The position numbers and the translations under genes are program-made. From positions 1 through 12,507 of the forward strand of contig JBEPZV010000063.1 in NCBI GenBank assembly GCA_041640655.1: a DNA stretch of 12,507 nucleotides. The letters run 5' to 3'. The stretch comes from a bacterium (GTDB lineage Bacteria; Acidobacteriota; Blastocatellia; HR10). Shown here in pieces: positions 7,187 to 12,507 of this stretch. The notes under the pieces were generated by a model, which saw only the letters and a program-made list of their open reading frames with translations, was not told the origin of the DNA and did no database searches. Positions within the stretch are counted from its first letter, which is position 1, and every line of letters starts with the position of its first letter.

Positions 7187-7238
7187 CGGCGACAATCCCC
7201 CCTCTTGAATCCGGCCATGCGCGACGAAAGGCGGGTTA

Positions 7239-7266
7239 ATTATACCACATCGGCGGAGAGCGCCAA
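7239..7266 (-). promoter_or_regulatory. Extended -10 promoter for the yihY-family gene
   Basis: Minus strand TGgTATAAT (7247-7239) with candidate -35 TTGGCG (7266-7261), 16-bp spacer. Confidence 0.7.
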
Positions 7267-7356
7267 GGGGAATCGGGGCCACCCGTCAGCGGTGAGGGCA
7301 TGCGCATCAACGGATGAGCGCGAGATCACCTCGCGCCTGAAAAAATCCCTCCGCGA

Positions 7357-7367
7357 TGTGGTACACT
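7357..7367 (+). promoter_or_regulatory. Extended -10 promoter for glycerate kinase (leaderless-type geometry)
   Basis: TGTGgTACACT at 7357-7367, ending 8 nt before ATG 7376; no SD upstream of the ATG. Confidence 0.6.
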
Positions 7368-7375
7368 TGACGGCG

Positions 7376-8707
7376 ATGAAGGACATCGCGCGGGAGATCT
7401 TCGCGAAGGCGCTCGCACGAATTGACGTGCGCGCGATGGTGCGCGCCCACACGGCGCTCGACGGTGAGCGGTTCACCCTCTGCGGCGAGGTGCTGGACCT
7501 GTCCGCGTATTCCCGAATCTACGTGATCGCCTTCGGCAAAGCGGCCCTCGCCATGGCGAGCGCCTTTCACGAACGGTTGGGTCCGCGCATCACCGCGGGC
7601 CTTGTCGTCACCAACGCCCTTCCCCCTCAGCACGATCTGCGCGACGCGAAGAACTTCCTCCTGATCGAGGGCGGGCACCCCTTGCCCGACCGCGGGAGCC
7701 TGGAGGGGGCCGAACGGATCATGGACCTGCTGCGCACCGCCGATGAGCGCACACTCGTCCTCTTTCTCGTCTCCGGTGGCGGATCGGCCCTCATCGAAAA
7801 GCCCGTGGAGGATTCGATCACTCTGGACGATCTGCGGCAGCTCCATCACGTCCTGATCACGGCCGGGGCGACGATCGCTGAGATCAACGCGATCCGAAAA
7901 CATCTCTCGGCCGTCAAGGGGGGGCGCCTGGCCGCGCTCGCGCATCCGGCGCGACAGGTGACGCTCTATATCTCCGACGTGAACCCGGGCGACCTCTCCT
8001 CCATCGCCTCGAATCCGACGGGACCGGATGAGACGACCACGGCGGACGTCTACCGCGTGATCGAACGATATGCGCTTCTGCCGCGCCTGCCTGAGCGCAT
8101 CGCCCGTCTCATCCGAGAACGCCGCGTGAGCGAGACGCCCAAGCCGGGCGATCCGATCTTCTCGCGAAGCAGCTACCACCTGCTCATGGACAACCGCACG
8201 GTCCTTCACGCGGCGGCCGACGTGGCGGCGTCGCTCGGATTTCGGGTGAGCGTGGATCCGGAACCCTACGAGGGATACTACCGCGAGGTCGCCGATCACC
8301 TGCTCGCTCGGCTCGTCTCCCTGCGCGAGGCGCACGCCGGAGAGCCGGTCTGCCTCATCGCGGGTGGCGAGGTGAGCTGTCCCGTGCGCGGCTCCGGAAT
8401 TGGGGGACGCAATCAGGAGTTCGTCCTCTACGCGGCGCTTCGCCTCCCAGATCTGGCGGGAGATGGGGAGATGGTCGTCCTGAGCGCCGGGACCGACGGC
8501 ATTGATGGGATCAGTCCGGCGGCCGGCGCCGTCGCCGATGCCCATACGGTCGCGCGGGCGCGCGCCCTCGGGCTCGATCCCAATCGGTTCCTCGCGGAGA
8601 ACGACTCCTACACGTTCTTTCATCTGCTGGGGGACACGGTGATCACCGGCCCAACAGGGAACAACGTCCGCGACCTGCGCCTTCTCCTGGCCCGACGACC
8701 AGTGTGA
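7376..8707 (+). CDS. Glycerate kinase type 2 (DUF4147/MOFRL; GckA/TtuD-like), 443 aa
   Basis: Motifs VIAFGKAALAM, GGHPLPD, LVSGGGSAL, GATIAEINAIRKHLSAVKGGRLA, ISDV, IASNPT, IAGGE, GGRNQE, GTDGIDG, AAGAVAD, NDSY, TGPTGNNVRDL. The recognisable domain begins at MKDIAREIF (7376); the upstream part of the 791-aa ORF is antisense to yihY. Confidence 0.92.
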   Translation: MKDIAREIFAKALARIDVRAMVRAHTALDGERFTLCGEVLDLSAYSRIYVIAFGKAALAMASAFHERLGPRITAGLVVTNALPPQHDLRDAKNFLLIEGGHPLPDRGSLEGAERIMDLLRTADERTLVLFLVSGGGSALIEKPVEDSITLDDLRQLHHVLITAGATIAEINAIRKHLSAVKGGRLAALAHPARQVTLYISDVNPGDLSSIASNPTGPDETTTADVYRVIERYALLPRLPERIARLIRERRVSETPKPGDPIFSRSSYHLLMDNRTVLHAAADVAASLGFRVSVDPEPYEGYYREVADHLLARLVSLREAHAGEPVCLIAGGEVSCPVRGSGIGGRNQEFVLYAALRLPDLAGDGEMVVLSAGTDGIDGISPAAGAVADAHTVARARALGLDPNRFLAENDSYTFFHLLGDTVITGPTGNNVRDLRLLLARRPV

Positions 8708-8824
8708 TTCTCCAGCTCTTGGGATCGTCTGGAGTGGCGAACAAGGGACACAACGGCGATACGGAATCGCAACGTGCGCTGTATCCGGCCCTCGGCCCTG
8801 ATCTCCTGCGAGCTTCAAGGACCT

Positions 8825-8859
8825 CGAGCGTGAGGAATCGCGCGCTTCCCTCACGCTCG
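8825..8859 (-). terminator. Stem-loop overlapping the lon stop codon, between convergent genes
   Basis: Perfect 11-bp inverted repeat CGAGCGTGAGG (8825-8835) / CCTCACGCTCG (8849-8859), 13-nt loop; no U-tract. Confidence 0.5.
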
Positions 8860-11322
8860 GGATTTCGCCGCGCGCTTGGCCGCGGACGCCTTCTGAGCGC
8901 GCCCGCCGCGCGCCGCCGTCGGGAGCCGTCGCCGATGACCGTCGTGATCCTTCGCCGGGTGATCCGCGAAGATGTGCTGCAGGACCTCGTCAATCGTCTC
9001 CACCGGCAGAAACGTGAGATCCGCTCGGACCTCAGGGGGCAGCCCATCCAGCTCTTGAAGATTCGGCTTGGGGAGAATCACGGTTCTGATGCCCGCGCGT
9101 CGCGCGGCCAGGACCTTCTCCTTCAATCCCCCGATGGGAAGGACCAAGCCCGAGAGCGTGATCTCGCCGGTCATCGCCACGTCCGCGCGCACAGGCCGCT
9201 TCAGATAGAGCGAGGCCAAAGCCGCGACCATTGTCACGCCCGCCGAAGGTCCATCCTTGGGCACAGCGCCCGCCGGGACGTGCAAGTGCACGCCATTCTT
9301 CTCAAAGAGCGAGAGCGCGATCCCCAATTCGCGCGCATGCGCCCAGAGATAACTCTGCGCGGCCCGCGCCGACTCCTGCATGACTTCGCCCAACTGTCCC
9401 GTGAGCGTGAGTCCCTTCCCTCCGGGCAGGAGGGTCGCCTCGACGTAGATGACCTCGCCCCCCGTCTCCGTCCACGCGAGCCCCGGAGCGACCCCAGGCG
9501 GTAAGGTCTTCCGCGCCTGCTCGGTGAAGAATTTCTCCGGACCGAGATACTCCCTCACCTCCGCGAGGTCCACGCGAACGGCCGTCGCTTTCCCCTCGGC
9601 GACTTTCCGCGCCACCTTGCGCGCGATCTGCCCGATGGATCGTTCAAGCTGACGCACGCCGGCCTCGCGCGTGTACCGGGAGATGATGTGCCGCAGCGCC
9701 TCATCGGTGAGCGTCAGTTGCTCCGGTTGCAAACCGTTCTCCGCGATCTGCCGCGGCAACAAGAACCGGCGCGCGATCTCGAACTTCTGCTCCTCGCTGT
9801 ATCCGGGCAGGGGGATGACCTCCATGCGATCGCGCAGGGCCGGAGGAACGGTCGTGAGCGTATTCGCCGTGCAGATGAAGAAGACGCGAGAGAGATCAAA
9901 AGGCAGATCGAGATAATGATCGCGGAAGGTGTGATTCTGCTGCGGATCGAGCACTTCCAGCAGCGCCGCCGCCGGATCCCCACGAAAATCCACGCCGAGC
10001 TTGTCCACTTCGTCGAGCATGAGGACGGGATTATTCGTCCCGGCCCGACGCAAGGCCTGGATGATGCGCCCCGGCAGCGCCCCAACATACGTCCGGCGAT
10101 GCCCGCGTAATTCCGCCTCGTCGCGGACCCCGCCCAAGCTCATGCGTTCGAATCTCCGCCCGAGCGCGCGCGCGATGGACTGCCCGAGGCTGGTCTTCCC
10201 CACCCCCGGGGGACCCACGAAGCAGAGGATGGGGCTTTTGGCCCCCGGCTTGAGTTTGAGCACGGCCAGGAATTCGAGGATGCGATCCTTCACCTCCTCC
10301 AGATCATAATGGTCCTCGTCGAGGATCTGCCGCGCATGCTCCAGATCGAGATTGTCCTCGGTGCTCTTGCGCCAGGGCAGCTCCAGGATCCATTCCAGAT
10401 ACGTGCGAATGACGTGATAATCCGGCGCTGTTGCCGGCAGCCGCTCCATGCGCCGCAGCTCGCGTTCGGCCTCGGCGCGCACCTCCTCGGGGAGATCGGT
10501 CGCCTCCAGCCGCTCGCGCAGGAGATTGACCTCGGCCATCTCCGGTTCCTCTTCGCCCAGCTCTCGCTGGATCGCCTTCAACTGCTGGCGCAGGAAGTAC
10601 TCCCGCTGGGCGCGATCCATCTCCGCTTGAGCCTCTCCGGCGACCTTCCGCCGCAACTCCAAGATCTCGATCTCGCGCGTCAGATATCGATGGATCAACC
10701 GCAACAGCTCGCGACGGGTCGGCGCCTCCAGAAGCGCCTGCTCCTTCTCCACGTCGAGGTTCAGCAGCGCCGCCAGGGTGAAGGCCAGGCGAACGGGATC
10801 CTCCGTGGAGGCCGTGATGGCCGTCGCGACCTCTTGCGGCACGTTCGGCAGTAAGCTCAGCCCCCGTTGAATCAGGTCGAGGATATTTCGATGCAGGGCC
10901 TCGATCTCGACGCTCTCTTCTTCCGGCAGCTCCATGACCTCAACGCGCGCTATCAGATACCGCTCGCCCTGACGGTATTCCAGAATTCGCACCCGCTCCA
11001 TCCCGTGCACCAGGATTTGGATCGTATCCTCGGACGTGCGCAGCATCTTCTTGACGGCCACGAGCGTGCCGACCGTGTAGAGGTCCTCTGGCGTCGGTTC
11101 GTCCTCCACCTGACGCCGCTGGGCCACGGTGACGAGCCACCGCTCCTCAGTGGCGACCGCCGATTCGACGGCCGCCACCGAACGGCGCCGCCCGACGACC
11201 AGCGGCACCGGCATGAAGGGGAAGACCACCGTATTGCGGAGCGGCAGGACGGGAAGCTCCAAGATCTTTCGGTCAGGGGCGAGCTTCTCCTCTTTGAGCG
11301 TCGCGCTCGTAATGTCTCTCAC
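8851..11322 (-). CDS. lon: ATP-dependent protease La (LonA), 823 aa
   Basis: LON N-domain (LPVLPLRNTVVFP), QREYFLRQQLKAIQREL, LDEDHYDL, Walker A GPPGVGKTS, LRGHRRTYVGALPGRI, Walker B MLDEVDK, catalytic Ser in PKDGPSAG and Lys in IGGLKEK. GTG start 8 nt after SD AAGGAGG (11337-11331). Confidence 0.98.
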   Translation of the reverse strand: MRDITSATLKEEKLAPDRKILELPVLPLRNTVVFPFMPVPLVVGRRRSVAAVESAVATEERWLVTVAQRRQVEDEPTPEDLYTVGTLVAVKKMLRTSEDTIQILVHGMERVRILEYRQGERYLIARVEVMELPEEESVEIEALHRNILDLIQRGLSLLPNVPQEVATAITASTEDPVRLAFTLAALLNLDVEKEQALLEAPTRRELLRLIHRYLTREIEILELRRKVAGEAQAEMDRAQREYFLRQQLKAIQRELGEEEPEMAEVNLLRERLEATDLPEEVRAEAERELRRMERLPATAPDYHVIRTYLEWILELPWRKSTEDNLDLEHARQILDEDHYDLEEVKDRILEFLAVLKLKPGAKSPILCFVGPPGVGKTSLGQSIARALGRRFERMSLGGVRDEAELRGHRRTYVGALPGRIIQALRRAGTNNPVLMLDEVDKLGVDFRGDPAAALLEVLDPQQNHTFRDHYLDLPFDLSRVFFICTANTLTTVPPALRDRMEVIPLPGYSEEQKFEIARRFLLPRQIAENGLQPEQLTLTDEALRHIISRYTREAGVRQLERSIGQIARKVARKVAEGKATAVRVDLAEVREYLGPEKFFTEQARKTLPPGVAPGLAWTETGGEVIYVEATLLPGGKGLTLTGQLGEVMQESARAAQSYLWAHARELGIALSLFEKNGVHLHVPAGAVPKDGPSAGVTMVAALASLYLKRPVRADVAMTGEITLSGLVLPIGGLKEKVLAARRAGIRTVILPKPNLQELDGLPPEVRADLTFLPVETIDEVLQHIFADHPAKDHDGHRRRLPTAARGGRAQKASAAKRAAKSRA

Positions 11323-11337
11323 GGCGATCCCCTCCTT

Positions 11338-11694
11338 TCACCCTCCCTCGCACACCAGGCGAATGATGAGCAACCCGTTGAGATAATCGGTCTCGATGCG
11401 CCGCGGGTTGACGATGCGGGGGAACGAGACGACGCGCTCGAAGCGGCTGTAGACCAACTCCATCTGATAGCACTCCAGGCATTCGGTGAGGTCCATATCG
11501 CGACGCACGCCGCGAATGTGAAGGTCCGCCCCCTCGAGCAGGATCTCCACGTCCTCCGGATTGACGCCAGCCAGTTCGACCTTCACCAACCACCCATATG
11601 ACGTTCGATAGACGTCGGCGGCGGGGCTCCACACCATCTCGGGCGCCCGCTCGCCGCGCATGAGCAGCCAGAGCAGATCTCGCCTCTCGGCCAT
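11338..11694 (-). CDS. Hsp20/alpha-crystallin family small heat-shock protein (118 aa)
   Basis: WSPAADVYRT, LVKVELAGVNPEDVEI, LHIRGVR, MELVYSRFERVVSFP, YLNGLLIIRL; SD GAGGAG upstream; stop codon abuts the lon SD. Confidence 0.92.
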   Translation of the reverse strand: MAERRDLLWLLMRGERAPEMVWSPAADVYRTSYGWLVKVELAGVNPEDVEILLEGADLHIRGVRRDMDLTECLECYQMELVYSRFERVVSFPRIVNPRRIETDYLNGLLIIRLVCEGG

Positions 11695-11719
11695 TGCCCC
11701 CGCTCTCCTCCCCCGATAC

Positions 11720-12507
11720 TCACACGGCGCGAACCACGACGACGGTCAGATCATCCGATCGCACGTCGGTCTCCGCGTGTTGTCGAACGTCCTCAATTAT
11801 AGCGTCGCACAGCTCCGCGGCGGAACGTCGCAGGTTGCGCCGAACCACCCGTTCGAGCCGATGCACGCCGTAGGGCTCCCCCTCGGCGTTCTCGGCTTCG
11901 GTGACCCCATCCGTGTAGAGGATGAGGCTGTCTCCAGGCATGAAATAGACGATGTCCTCCGAGAAGGCTGCAGTTTTCAAGATGCCCAGGGGAATCCCCC
12001 CGGTCGAGAGCAGCCGCACCGGCTCCCCCTCGCGGATGAAGAGAGGGGGATTGTGTCCCGCGTTCAGATAGAACATCCGTCGCCCCTCGGCATCCAACTC
12101 GCCATAGAACGCCGTGACGAAGTGGCGATCATGCGTGCTCTCCAGCAGGAGACGATTCAATCGGGAGAAGACGGCGCGCAGGGCGAAATCATTCCCCAAC
12201 AGCGCATGCAGCGATGCGCGAAACGTGGCCATGATCAACGCGGCCGGGACCCCCTTGCCCGAGACATCGGCGATCACCACGCCCAACCGCCCATCGGCCA
12301 CGTCAATGAAGTCGTAATAGTCCCCCCCGACTTCCGCCGAGGGAATCATGCGCCCGAAGATCTCGAAGTTCGGCACCACGGGCGCGCGGCTCGGCATGAG
12401 CGCCTCCATGACCTGCCGCGCGATGCGCAGCTCGCTCTCCAGACGCCGCTTCTCCAGCATCTCCTGATGCAGATGGGCCTTCTCGATGGCGATGGCGACC
12501 AGACTGG
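11720..12507 (-). CDS. PP2C-family (SpoIIE/RsbU-like) phosphatase, C-terminal part; probably preceded by a GAF domain
   Basis: Frame is open to the window edge (SLVAIAIEKAHLHQEMLEKRRLESELRIARQV, a typical GAF-end/linker helix). PP2C motifs EVGGDYYDF, IADVSGKGVPAAL, FVTAFY, NAGHNPP, LYTDGVTEA, DDLT. Confidence 0.93.
   Translation of the reverse strand, partial: SLVAIAIEKAHLHQEMLEKRRLESELRIARQVMEALMPSRAPVVPNFEIFGRMIPSAEVGGDYYDFIDVADGRLGVVIADVSGKGVPAALIMATFRASLHALLGNDFALRAVFSRLNRLLLESTHDRHFVTAFYGELDAEGRRMFYLNAGHNPPLFIREGEPVRLLSTGGIPLGILKTAAFSEDIVYFMPGDSLILYTDGVTEAENAEGEPYGVHRLERVVRRNLRRSAAELCDAIIEDVRQHAETDVRSDDLTVVVVRAV
11796..11801 (-). promoter_or_regulatory. Candidate internal -10 element (TATAAT) inside the phosphatase gene, upstream of hsp20-lon
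   Basis: Perfect TATAAT formed by codons GCT-ATA-ATT in a GC-rich gene, about 100 nt upstream of the hsp20 start; no convincing -35 or TG extension. Confidence 0.4.

Noticed and set aside
6332..7375. Apparent 791-aa fusion ORF extending glycerate kinase by 348 aa
   Set aside because: The extension is the antisense shadow of the yihY gene plus promoter DNA; the recognisable domain and a promoter point to ATG 7376.
3589..11632. Long overlapping ORFs such as 3589..4989, 5293..5874, 7307..8854, 8704..9504, 10309..10854, 10867..11601 and 11273..11632
   Set aside because: They overlap well-supported genes, are mostly Arg/Pro/Gly-rich with no recognisable motifs, and are expected in high-GC DNA.
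11695..11830. CIRCE or sigma32 heat-shock elements upstream of hsp20-lon
   Set aside because: Neither TTAGCACTC-N9-GAGTGCTAA nor a CTTGAA/CCCCAT pair is present.

Overview
GC-rich bacterial chromosomal window; gene styles suggest a diderm such as Acidobacteriota (inference). Left to right: 3' end of an Oar-type TonB-dependent outer-membrane receptor (+); a separately promoted gene encoding a long tandem-repeat coiled coil fused to a PD-(D/E)XK-like domain (+); a minus-strand unit of an RfaH/UpxY-like NusG paralog, lptD and a DmpA/P1 peptidase behind a near-consensus sigma70 promoter; a YihY/BrkB membrane protein (-) divergent from a MOFRL-type glycerate kinase (+); and a minus-strand PP2C/SpoIIE phosphatase (partial), Hsp20 and Lon cluster. 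I found no RNA genes, CRISPR array or mobile element. Most interesting: (1) the RfaH-like gene lies directly upstream of lptD, the only leadered gene here with no Shine-Dalgarno sequence, hinting at dedicated antitermination or translation control of LPS assembly; (2) the nuclease-like protein has a recently expanded 105-bp repeat stalk carrying a trimerization motif; (3) several hidden regulatory signals: mirror-image divergent promoters, a probable leaderless mRNA, a TATAAT inside a CDS upstream of hsp20-lon, and a 12-nt motif shared by two stop-codon hairpins.
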